DNA from: Nitrospinota bacterium
Lineage (GTDB): Bacteria; UBA8248
DNA length: 64,000 nt
Direction: 5' to 3'
Assembly (NCBI GenBank): GCA_026706735.1
Contig: JAPOYD010000021.1
Span: 5,659-69,658, forward strand
Shown here: in pieces, positions 20,969-29,770 of the stretch
Numbering within the stretch: position 1 is the stretch's first letter
How the letters are laid out: each line of letters begins with the position of its first letter
Made by a program: the position numbers and the translations under genes
Notes under the pieces: generated by a model
What the model was told of the DNA's origin: nothing
What the model saw: the letters and a program-made list of their open reading frames with translations, nothing else
The model's database searches: none

Positions 20969-22542
20969 TCGCCATCTCCCGTCGCGAGAGTTTACGCAGG
21001 GCGCGCCCGGGACGCACTCCTGTATGGCTTCCACTCTCCACGACGATCTCTCCGTTCACCAGAACCATTTCGATTCCCGAGGGATATGCAATGGGACGCT
21101 CATAGGTGCACTCATCACGTATCTCGTCGGGATCGAACAACACGAGGTCGGCCTTCATCCCGACCGAAAGGCGTCCCCGATCCGCTATGCCCAGCCGCTC
21201 GCATGGAGCGGAGGTCATTTTTCGGATCGCCTCTTCCATCGGGAACAGGCCCTCGTCCCGCGCCAGCGCGCCCAGGACGAAGGGAAAGGTTCCGAAATTC
21301 CTCGGGTGAGGCCTGCCCGCGCCCAGGGGCGGTTCGTGCGTGAGCGCGCCCGCGTCCGAACCCACCATGACGTAGGGCTTGCCGAGAATGCGTCGCATGT
21401 TCTCGGCGCTCATCATAAAAATGAGAACCTCGACGTTCATCCTCTCCTCGATCAGCAAATCGAGCATTGCATCCACAGGAGCCACCCCCCGTGTCTCGCC
21501 CAGGCGCGCGAGGGTGAAACCCTCGCAAGACCGGTTCGCCTCCGTGAACACCCGGCTGATCAGAACCTTCTCCCAATAGGAGGACTCGGGATGCGACCGC
21601 ATGATTTCACCCCTTATCTTCGCCCTGGTTTCCGGGTCCGCGAGGCGTTCCATTTTCTCGTCGAAGGCGCCGTCGTGCGCCCAATCGGGCAGCAGCGCGC
21701 TCAGGTGGGTGTTCGAGGCCGTGTACGGATAGCGATCGCAGGTCACGTCCACTCCCATCTCTCGCGCACGCTCGATGCGGGCGAATGCTTCGTCGAGCTT
21801 GTCCCAATTGCGCTCGCCCGCCGTCTTCAAGTGGCTGATCTGAAGCGGCAACTTCGCCGATGCGGCCGCGCTCATCACCTCGTCCATCGCTTCGAGCAAA
21901 CCGTCTCCCTCGCTGCGCATGTGGGTGGCCAGCAGCCCCCCGCCTCGCGCCGAGACCCGGCAAAGCGCCGTGAGTTCCTCCTTATCCGCAAAACAAGCCG
22001 GCGCATACACCAATCCGGTGGACAGGCCGAAAGCCCCTTCCTCCATGCCGGCGGAGAGCATCTCCTCCATCGCGGCGAGTTCCTCCGGGCGGGCCGGGCG
22101 CGCCTCGCCTCCCATCACGCTCGCGCGAATCGTGTTGTGTCCCGCCAGATGCGCGTAGTTGATCGATACGCCCACCGCGTCCACGATTGGGGACGCCGGG
22201 GTCGACTTGCTCCCGATACCATTTCTTGCGTTCCTCGAGCTCGGACCCGCAAATCGGAGAGGCGGCGTAGCCGCAGTTGCCTCCCACGTCGGTCGTCACC
22301 CCCTGGCGGACCTTTGCGTGCGCTTCGGGATTGATGAGGAGGTAATAATCCGAATGACCATGGATATCGACGAACCCGGGGCTCAGGGCCAGACCCCGCG
22401 CGTCGACTTCTCGCCGGGCGGAGCCGCTCACTCCGGGCCCCACCTCCGCAATAGTGTCTCCGAGAATGGCCAGCGCACCTTCATACGGGGAGTCACCCAA
22501 GCCGTCGAATATTATGGCATGGTGAAATATGACGTCATACAT
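20961..22542 (-). pseudogene. N-acyl-D-amino-acid deacylase (D-aminoacylase), interrupted by a +1 frameshift.
   Basis: The N-terminal ORF (21982..22542) has IFDGLG...GFVDIHGHSD...GVTTDVGGNCG. The C-terminal ORF (20961..22184) has VSINYAHLAGHNTIRASVMG...ATHMRSEG...ISHLK. The frames switch within a 22-nt quasi-duplicated segment at plus-strand 22185-22206. Confidence 0.75.
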
Positions 22543-22605
22543 CGTGGACTGCCCGGGGCGGATTCTGCTCGATCGTCGAGAGCAAAGCGAATTATGAGCG
22601 AATCT

Positions 22606-23823
22606 TCATCCGCCTGCAATCGGCGGCGCGTCCGAGGCCCAATTTCCGCCTATCATCCCGGCGATCAGCTCCAGGGAATCGGGTTCGAGAACGCAAATAT
22701 CCGCGCGCAGACCCGGGGCGAGACGGCCCTGGGCGGATTCCAGGCCGAGGACGCGCGCGGGGTTTCGCGTGGCCGTCGCCAGGGCGCAGGCGGTATCGAG
22801 CCCGCACCAACCCCTGAGCCTGGGGAGCATCCCCGAGAGTGAGAGACGGCTGCCGCTCAACACACCCCCGCGCATCACCGCGTCGCCCGGCATCCCATCT
22901 TTCGTCTCGCGCGCTGCGCCTTGAGGCCTTAAGCCCCCGTCAGCCACAAGGTCGGAGGTGAGTACCGTCCGCTCCCAGCCCCTGGCGCGAACGAACGAGG
23001 CGAGCGGGTGTTGCGCCACGTGCACACCGTCCGCTATCAGGCCGGCGGAGAGCCTCGCGTCGTTTTGCACGTAATCCATCGGCGAGTCGACCCTGTGCGC
23101 GGGCGTCTCCGGATGCCCGTAGCGATTGAACGCATGAACCGCGAAAGCGCCGCCCGCCTCCAAAAACGCCTCCACGCAAGCGGCTGAAGCCCGGGTGTGT
23201 CCCATCGCGGGAACGACGCCCTTCTCCGCCAGCCAGCGGGCGAAGTCCGCCGCACCCTCCCATTCCGGTGAGAGCGTGATCATCGCAAGCCCCGGCGCGC
23301 CGTCCACACCCCAGCCTCCCGCGGCCTGCGCGATCGCCTCGACCTCCTCTTCAGAGGGCGCGCGGATGTGCTCTTCCGGATGCGCCCCCCTCATCTCAGG
23401 CTCCAGGTAAGGGCCCTCCAGATGAACGCCCAGAATGCGCGCCTCGGCGGCGTCTTCTTCTTGTTGAAGCGCCCACGCATCACTCACCGCGCGGGCCGCG
23501 CGAATCAGCTCTTCCCGGGATGCCGTGGTGAGGGTGGGCAGAAAAGCCGCTGTTCCGCGCTTCGCCAACTCCCGGGCGATCCGCCGCACGCCGGCGGCGT
23601 CGGTCGTCAGGAGCGCATCCCCGCCCAGGCCGTTCACCTGAAGATCCATGAAACCAGGGCTAACCAGCGCGCCGCCCAAATCGAGAACGCGCGCTCCGGG
23701 AACCAAAGGACAGGCGCCGCGCGGACCCACATAAGAAAAAACGCCCTCCTCGATAACGAGGAGGGCGTCGGCTATCCTCTCAAGCGGCGTATACGCCGTC
23801 ACACCCACGAGGCACAGGGCCAT
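22606..23823 (-). CDS. nagA: N-acetylglucosamine-6-phosphate deacetylase.
   Basis: Amidohydrolase fold carrying NagA motifs (GFMDLQVNGLGG, GVHLEGPYL, a His/Asp metal-ligand set). Confidence 0.85.
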   Translation of the reverse strand: MALCLVGVTAYTPLERIADALLVIEEGVFSYVGPRGACPLVPGARVLDLGGALVSPGFMDLQVNGLGGDALLTTDAAGVRRIARELAKRGTAAFLPTLTTASREELIRAARAVSDAWALQQEEDAAEARILGVHLEGPYLEPEMRGAHPEEHIRAPSEEEVEAIAQAAGGWGVDGAPGLAMITLSPEWEGAADFARWLAEKGVVPAMGHTRASAACVEAFLEAGGAFAVHAFNRYGHPETPAHRVDSPMDYVQNDARLSAGLIADGVHVAQHPLASFVRARGWERTVLTSDLVADGGLRPQGAARETKDGMPGDAVMRGGVLSGSRLSLSGMLPRLRGWCGLDTACALATATRNPARVLGLESAQGRLAPGLRADICVLEPDSLELIAGMIGGNWASDAPPIAGG

Positions 23824-23832
23824 GACGCGGGC

Positions 23833-24438
23833 CTATTTCTTCTTTGCGCTTTTTTTCAGCTCCGCGCGCACCTTCGCGTTCGCGTTGATGAGCGACTCGA
23901 CGTTCCCTTTCGCCACCTCATACAGGGAGGATTGCACGCGCTCAAGTATCAGGCGGCCCGCCAGGGTAGTAACACCCGGAACCTTGGCCGGCACATTCTT
24001 TTCGCTCGAGCCATTTGCAATTTCTTCGATGTCCTTGAGGATGTCCCGGTCGTCGTAGAGTTCATTCTCTCCGTACTGATAGGTGAGCTTCACGTAGTCT
24101 CTTTCTTTTCTCTCCTGATCGCGCGTTTCGCGGACGATGTTCTCCATGTCGGCGGAAACGGGTTTTTTCGCCGAGGCGTTGCGCTTCTCGATCTGCTTGA
24201 AGTACTTGGCGTGATCGTAGGACTTGGGCAGTTCCTCACCCGGTATCTTCGAGCTGATCTCGAAGCGAATCGCCCTGTCGGCATCCACGAATTTCGGCGG
24301 GCCGATCTCGTAGGTGATGCCCTCGACGTTGAACCGATCTCCTTTTTTGGGCTCGAACTTCTTTTGCAGGTCTTTCGTTAAGCGGTTCAGCGTGACGGAA
24401 GCGGTTTCGATGAAAAGCTGCGACTGAAGTGAAGACAT
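23833..24438 (-). CDS. Hypothetical charged (Lys/Glu-rich) protein of unknown function.
   Basis: A roughly 200-aa ORF 9 bp upstream of nagA on the same strand. The start is moved to the ATG preceded by GAGGAG (MSSLQSQLF...). GC is lower than the surroundings and no recognisable domain is present. Confidence 0.45.
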   Translation of the reverse strand: MSSLQSQLFIETASVTLNRLTKDLQKKFEPKKGDRFNVEGITYEIGPPKFVDADRAIRFEISSKIPGEELPKSYDHAKYFKQIEKRNASAKKPVSADMENIVRETRDQERKERDYVKLTYQYGENELYDDRDILKDIEEIANGSSEKNVPAKVPGVTTLAGRLILERVQSSLYEVAKGNVESLINANAKVRAELKKSAKKK

Positions 24439-24649
24439 TTTTTCGATCTCCTCGGCTTCGAAGAACAAATCAGAGGATGGAACATGCCCCAGCGCGGCGA
24501 ATGCGTCAAGACCCGCAGAGGCGTTTCAAGAATCCGCATATTGAAAATGAAAGGGTTCCGATCCCCATCGGCGAAGGAGGATATATGTGATATGGTCGCG
24601 CTTTTCAAGCGCGCCTCATCTCTCAATCTCTGACAAGGAGCGATTTCAG

Positions 24650-25576
24650 ATGGCAGGGCCCGTCCACATCCGCATCGGGGGCTACTCCCCGCCCGATACC
24701 TCCCACAGCCGCGCGATGGTTCTCTTCCGGGAGAAGATGGGCCAGCGGCTGGGCGATGACGTCAGGACAGACATCTTCTGGAACGTGATGGATTTCGGCT
24801 ACGGCGCGCCCGACCTGCTCGCCATGGTGGAATGCGGAATGCTCGGCATGTGCTATTTCTCGACGAGCTATCTCGCCGACAGGGTGCCGGAGCTGGAGAT
24901 CGTCGACCTGCCTTTCACCTTCGAGGATTCCGACCACGCCTACGGCGCGCTCGACGGCGCGCTCGGTGCGCACTTGAGCGAGCGAATCGAAGCGCAGACC
25001 GGCTACAGGAGCCTGGGCTTCTGGGACAACGGCTTCCGCCACCTCTCGAACAGCGTCCGCGACGTGAGGACACCCGATGATTGCCGGGGGCTGCGGGTCC
25101 GCCTGCAGCCCAACGAGACGCACGTGAGGACCTTCGAGCTCCTGGGCGCCGAGCCCGTTCCGGTGGAACTCAAGGAAGGGATCGCCATGATCGAATCGGG
25201 CGAGGTGAACGCGCAGGAAAACCCGCTTTCGAACACCGTCACCTACGGCGTCACGAACCACCAAAGACGCATCACGATGAGCGGCCACTTCTACGGGGCG
25301 CGCGCCCTGCTCGCCCACCGGGAGAGCTTCGACGCCTGGCCCCCCGAAGTTCAGGAAGCGGCGCGGGCGTGCATCCGCGAAGCCATCGACTACCAGAGAG
25401 AGGCTGCCCAGGCCGGGGAGATCGCGATTCGAAAGCGCCTCGAAGAAGAGGGAGTCGCCTTCGTGGACCTGAGCGATGCGGAGCGCGCGGCCTTCGCGGA
25501 TGCGACGGAACCCATACGCGCCGAAGCGAGAGAGAGGCTCGGGAGCGCGCTGTTCGATCTGGCCGGGAGAAAATAG
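24650..25576 (+). CDS. DctP-family (TRAP-type) solute-binding protein homolog lacking a signal peptide.
   Basis: Similarity to DctP throughout (ENPLSNT, GFWDNGFRHLSN, a helical C-terminus). The ATG at 24650 is preceded by AAGGAG and the protein begins directly at the first beta-strand (MAGPVHIRIGG). No dctQM genes lie nearby. Confidence 0.75.
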   Translation: MAGPVHIRIGGYSPPDTSHSRAMVLFREKMGQRLGDDVRTDIFWNVMDFGYGAPDLLAMVECGMLGMCYFSTSYLADRVPELEIVDLPFTFEDSDHAYGALDGALGAHLSERIEAQTGYRSLGFWDNGFRHLSNSVRDVRTPDDCRGLRVRLQPNETHVRTFELLGAEPVPVELKEGIAMIESGEVNAQENPLSNTVTYGVTNHQRRITMSGHFYGARALLAHRESFDAWPPEVQEAARACIREAIDYQREAAQAGEIAIRKRLEEEGVAFVDLSDAERAAFADATEPIRAEARERLGSALFDLAGRK

Positions 25577-25700
25577 GAAAGAACTCCCGCTTGCGCTGCC
25601 GCGCTCTGCCCTCCTCGCCATCGCACCCTCGCTCCGGTTAGAATCTATCCCCGTACAGCGCGAATCGAGAACAGGTTATTCACAGAAGGCGCGAAAAACC

Positions 25701-26690
25701 TTGCGTATAGGCTACATTGCCGCATCCCTTGTCGGCATCATCCTCCTCGGTACGGTCGGTTATACCCTGATGGAGGGATGGTCGCTCGTCGAGTCTTTCT
25801 ATATGACGATGATCACCGTCACGACCGTGGGCTTCAACGAGGTGCGTGAGTTGAGCACGACAGGGCGCATGTTCACCGTGGCGCTCATGATCCTGGGCGT
25901 GGGCACCCTTTTCTACGGAATCGCGATTATCGCCGAAATCAGGTTCGAAGAGCGGGTGCGTCAGATTTTCGGGAGGCGAAAACTGGTGAAAGAACTCAAG
26001 AGACTCGAAAACCATCACATCATCTGCGGGTACGGGCGCATCGGCTCCACCGTCGCGGGGGAATACGCCAGAGAGTCACTGCCCCACGTCGTCATCGAGA
26101 GCGACGAGACCACTGCCGCACAACTCGATCAGGAGGGCCGACTGGTGATTCTCGGCGACGCCACGCGGGATGAAATGCTCATCGAGGCGAACGTGAAGAC
26201 GGCGAAGAGCCTCGTCTGCGCCTTGCCTACCGACGCGGAAAACGTGTTCGTCACACTCACGGCGCGGGCGCTGAACCCGAATCTCTACATCCTGAGCCGC
26301 GCTGCGCTCGAGAGTTCCATCGGCAAGATGGAGGCGGCGGGCGCGAACCGCGTGGTCTCGCCCTACATCATGGGCGGCATGCACATGGCGCAGTCCGTTC
26401 TGAGGCCCAAACTCGCCGGCTTTCTCGAGGAGGTGACCAGCCACGCGACGACGGACCTGGACTTCGACGAGGTGACCGTGCCCGAAGGATCGGACCTCGT
26501 CGGCATGGCGATCCGGGAATCGAAGATCAGCCAGGAGACCGGCGTCTACCTGCTCTCCATCCGCCACAACAGCGGGGAGATGCGCTTCAACCCGGGGCCT
26601 GATTTTCAGATCCAGGCGGGAGACCACCTCTACGCCCTGGGCACGCCCGAGGAAGTGGAATCCCTGCGCAGGCGCGTTCACGCGAAATAG
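25701..26690 (+). CDS. Two-transmembrane ion channel with RCK (TrkA-N/TrkA-C) domains and an atypical pore filter.
   Basis: TM1-P-loop-TM2 with filter TVTTVGFNE in place of the canonical TVGYGD. A Rossmann TrkA-N segment (HHIICGYGRIGS) and a TrkA-C segment follow. The start is a TTG at 25701, ahead of the first transmembrane helix. Confidence 0.7.
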   Translation: MRIGYIAASLVGIILLGTVGYTLMEGWSLVESFYMTMITVTTVGFNEVRELSTTGRMFTVALMILGVGTLFYGIAIIAEIRFEERVRQIFGRRKLVKELKRLENHHIICGYGRIGSTVAGEYARESLPHVVIESDETTAAQLDQEGRLVILGDATRDEMLIEANVKTAKSLVCALPTDAENVFVTLTARALNPNLYILSRAALESSIGKMEAAGANRVVSPYIMGGMHMAQSVLRPKLAGFLEEVTSHATTDLDFDEVTVPEGSDLVGMAIRESKISQETGVYLLSIRHNSGEMRFNPGPDFQIQAGDHLYALGTPEEVESLRRRVHAK

Positions 26691-26711
26691 CGGGCCTCAC
26701 GTTTCGCCCCA

Positions 26712-27446
26712 CTACCCGAGCGCGTCCAAATTCAAGCCCTGCCCCAGGCGGAGAAGCTGCTCTGCATCCTGGGTGCCCGGGGCTGCGCCAGCCATCATTT
26801 CATACACACCCGCCAGGTAAGGAATCACGCCCAGAAGCGGAGCATCCGGCCCGCAAAGCTCGGCGACCGCCGCCGGATTGCGCTCTGCCGCCGGCGTGGC
26901 CTCCCCCGTCGTGTCGGAGAGGATGACGCCCAAAATCGCAAGGCCCTGCCTCTTCGCCTCCCGCACGCTCAAAAGCGTGTGATTGATGGTCCCGAGACCC
27001 AGAGGGGCGACGAGCACGGTAGGCAGATTCGCGCGGCGCGCCAAATCGCTCATCGAGACGCCTTCGGCCAAAGGGGCGAGTAAACCGCCCGCGCCCTCGA
27101 CTAGCAATGGCCCGCACTCTTTTTTGAGCGCTTCTATCTGCTCGACGATTCTTTCCAAATCCGGCGGCGCGCCCTCGCGTTCCGCCGCGTGAGCGGGAGT
27201 CAGGGGAACTTCGTATCTGTAGGGGCAAATCTCATCGAGCGGCCTCGGGTCACCCGCCGCCGTCTTGAGCGCCAGAGCGTCTCTGGGGACGAGGCTGCCA
27301 TCCATAAACGCGCAGGCCGATTCGGCGGGCTTCATCACCCTCGGGTCCAGATCCTGCGCCGCCCAGTGGGCCGCGATGACGCAGCCCGCCACCGTCTTTC
27401 CCACGCCGGTTCCCGTTCCGGTCAAAAAGATGGCAATATCGGACAT
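26712..27446 (-). CDS. bioD: Dethiobiotin synthetase.
   Basis: A P-loop (GTGTGVGKT) and BioD-family similarity over the full length of about 244 aa. Confidence 0.9.
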   Translation of the reverse strand: MSDIAIFLTGTGTGVGKTVAGCVIAAHWAAQDLDPRVMKPAESACAFMDGSLVPRDALALKTAAGDPRPLDEICPYRYEVPLTPAHAAEREGAPPDLERIVEQIEALKKECGPLLVEGAGGLLAPLAEGVSMSDLARRANLPTVLVAPLGLGTINHTLLSVREAKRQGLAILGVILSDTTGEATPAAERNPAAVAELCGPDAPLLGVIPYLAGVYEMMAGAAPGTQDAEQLLRLGQGLNLDALG

Positions 27447-27472
27447 CGGACGAACCTCACGAGGAGCCGAAA

Positions 27473-27703
27473 ATGAGCCACGCCAAAACCATCGACCTCA
27501 CGGGCGAACTCTGCCCCATGAACTGGGTGCGGACGAAGCTCGCGCTCGAGGCGATGGCGCCGGGCGATACGCTCGAAGTATGGCTCGACGCGGGCGAGGC
27601 CGCCACCAGCGTCCCCAAAAGCGCCGCCGCCGATGGTCACGCCGTCGAGAGCGCGACGCCGGATGCGCAAGGCCGCGTGCGGGTCGTTATCAGGAAGGGG
27701 TGA
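27473..27703 (+). CDS. TusA-like sulfurtransferase (SirA/YedF/YeeD family).
   Basis: A 76-aa protein with the CPxP motif (GELCPMNWV) at the expected position. The ATG is preceded by GAGGAG. Confidence 0.75.
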   Translation: MSHAKTIDLTGELCPMNWVRTKLALEAMAPGDTLEVWLDAGEAATSVPKSAAADGHAVESATPDAQGRVRVVIRKG

Positions 27704-27744
27704 AATATCTGACTCCTCGATAAGCCTCCTGGCAGTCCTTAATT

Positions 27745-27895
27745 CCCTGCCAAATAGCGTGTCAAATAGTGTGCCAAATAACGTATAATTAAAAGTATAT
27801 TTTTCAAATAAAATTTGACAAACATATTATAATCATATACTTATAATTATAGATGTGTTGTCAAATAGTGTGTCAAATAGTGTGTCAAATAAGGA
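27745..27895. promoter_or_regulatory. Array of about 12-bp direct repeats (TGTCAAATAGTG-like, at least 6 copies) in the AT-rich fic promoter region.
   Basis: ...tgccaaatagcg tgtcaaatagtg tgccaaataacg ... gtgttgtcaaatagtg tgtcaaatagtg tgtcaaataAGGAG. The array ends at the RBS and includes a palindromic TTCAAATAAAATTTGACAA segment. Confidence 0.4.
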
Positions 27896-27901
27896 GATAT
27901 C

Positions 27902-29092
27902 TTGGACTGGAGAAAATTCAGATTCGAATATCATTACGAACCCGCTGGTCTCACGAGCACCATTATTTCCATAGAAGCGTCCAAAGAAGCGGCCATGAGC
28001 CTCATTCTCCCTCCTGAGTGGGGGGAAACATTGAACAAGCTCAACCGTGTCCGCGCCATTCACGGCACCACGGCCATCGAAGGAAATCCCCTTTCAGAAG
28101 CCGAAGTCTCACAACAAATCGAGGCACAGGAGCAATCCGCCGATCACCAGGATGCAACGCAACTCAGCAAGGAGCAAATTCAGATTAGAAACGCCGGAGC
28201 CGCGCAAACGTGGGTCCAAGAGAGGTTCAAACCCGGCAGCGACCCCTTCACTCTCTCTGACATTTTGATCATGCACAAAATGATTACCGAGAATGCCGAC
28301 ATGACGGACAACACGCCCGGGCAGTTGAGAGCTTTTTCGGTTCAAGTTGGTAGCCCTTCTTTGGGAGGAGTTCACAGGGGCGCGCCGCATGAGGAGCTGC
28401 CCGGTTTGATGAACGAATACATCGAATTTTTGCGAGCCCGCAAAATGGAGGCGGAACACCCCGCCATTCGCGCATTACTCGCGCATTTTTTCCTGGTGAC
28501 TATCCACCCCTTCGGCGACGGAAACGGAAGAACATCCCGCCTGGTGGAGGCGGGAATCTTGTTCCGCGGGGAGTATAACGTACACGGCTTCTACGGACTG
28601 TCGAACTATTTCTATCGCCACGACGATGAATACAAGAGGCTTCTTCAAAAGTGCAGGGAAGAACAACCCTTCAATGTTACCCCGTTTATTGCTTTTGGCT
28701 TACAGGGCTTTATGGAGGAGTTGAAAGGAATCAACAATTTCATCAAGACGAAGTTGAATCGAATCGTCTATCGAAACATGCTGGTGCAGGCGCGCAACAA
28801 GAAGATATCCGAAAGGAGATACCTGATTAACGACAGGGAATATGGCCTTCTGGATTTCTTGATATCGGAGACCGAGCCTCTTGATCCGTTTTCCGAGCAA
28901 CCCTCGAAGAGCCTGAGTGTAAGTGAGTTGTTCGAATCCCCCTATATTCGAGGAGCATACAAGGAGGTATCCACAAGAACCTTTTTTAGGGAATTAGTAC
29001 GACTCGAAGAATTCGGCTTCTTGAAGCTCACAGACACGAAATCCGATGGATGGATTATGGAGTTGGATTTTGACGCTATAGGGAAATACTAA
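27902..29092 (+). CDS. fic: Fic/Doc-family protein (AMPylator with an internal inhibitory motif).
   Basis: Fic motif HPFGDGNGRTSR. The N-terminal segment TTAIEGN fits the (S/T)xxxE(G/N) auto-inhibition motif. A C-terminal winged helix follows. GC is lower than the flanks. Confidence 0.85.
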   Translation: MDWRKFRFEYHYEPAGLTSTIISIEASKEAAMSLILPPEWGETLNKLNRVRAIHGTTAIEGNPLSEAEVSQQIEAQEQSADHQDATQLSKEQIQIRNAGAAQTWVQERFKPGSDPFTLSDILIMHKMITENADMTDNTPGQLRAFSVQVGSPSLGGVHRGAPHEELPGLMNEYIEFLRARKMEAEHPAIRALLAHFFLVTIHPFGDGNGRTSRLVEAGILFRGEYNVHGFYGLSNYFYRHDDEYKRLLQKCREEQPFNVTPFIAFGLQGFMEELKGINNFIKTKLNRIVYRNMLVQARNKKISERRYLINDREYGLLDFLISETEPLDPFSEQPSKSLSVSELFESPYIRGAYKEVSTRTFFRELVRLEEFGFLKLTDTKSDGWIMELDFDAIGKY

Positions 29093-29130
29093 GTTGATTT
29101 GCTTTTCACCCAGCTCATCACTCCCCTCCC

Positions 29131-29616
29131 TCACGGCAGGGGCTCGTCCCTCAGCCAGCGGGCGAGGGCTTTTTCGGGGTCTGCGATCTCATCGAGCGAG
29201 GTGTAGTAGTAGGCCTCCCAGCCCACCTCGGGCAGGCCGGTGAATATCATGAGGTTCAGCGGATAGGCCTCGCAATCGGTCGAGCGCCTGAAGTCGTCGC
29301 GGAACAGGAAGACGGGCTTCCCCCAGGCGACCGCCATGCCGAGTTCGACCATCACGCCCTCATCGGGCGGACAGCCGTTCACCACGCCGAAAAAGCCCGC
29401 CGCATCGCGCACGTCGCGCATGTCGTTCTGCCCGACGCGGTAGGCCCAGCCGGGGCTCGCGAGCATCTCCGGCTGGTTGTTGCGCGTGAACGGCTCCCAC
29501 ACTTCTGCGCCCACGGCCTCGAGCGCCGCCACGAGATCGGGCAGCGGCCCCTCGCGCTGTTGTAAGGAAAAGCCGTAAGGACTCGCCAGGTACAGGGTCT
29601 TTTTCGCCATGCTCAC
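29131..29616 (-). CDS. Nucleoside 2-deoxyribosyltransferase-like protein.
   Basis: A roughly 160-aa Rossmann-like protein whose N-terminus YLASPYGFS and segment DEGVMVELGMA resemble the NDT/Rcl family. Confidence 0.6.
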   Translation of the reverse strand: MSMAKKTLYLASPYGFSLQQREGPLPDLVAALEAVGAEVWEPFTRNNQPEMLASPGWAYRVGQNDMRDVRDAAGFFGVVNGCPPDEGVMVELGMAVAWGKPVFLFRDDFRRSTDCEAYPLNLMIFTGLPEVGWEAYYYTSLDEIADPEKALARWLRDEPLP

Positions 29617-29770
29617 CCCCTCTCCTCTCTCATTCGCCTCGCGCTATCGATAAGGGAGCGCGCGTCATACTCCCACATGGCAAGACTCATCGTCCAGCGC
29701 AGGCGCGGCTCCGCCCAAACCGCCTGTCCATTCCCCGCACCTCTCCTTGAGACTGGGTGAACGTTCGGCC

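Noticed and set aside
18317-21343. A 1008-aa plus-strand ORF, and similar long ORFs at 4849..6621, 8140..9354, 20757..22334, 23368..24381, 24623..25621, 29613..30992, 38730..39869, 41488..42855 and 43583..44797.
   Set aside because: Each lies antisense to, or out of frame with, a well-supported gene. Their translations are Arg/Gly/Pro-rich low-complexity sequence typical of open antisense frames in DNA of about 65% GC. None has recognisable motifs.
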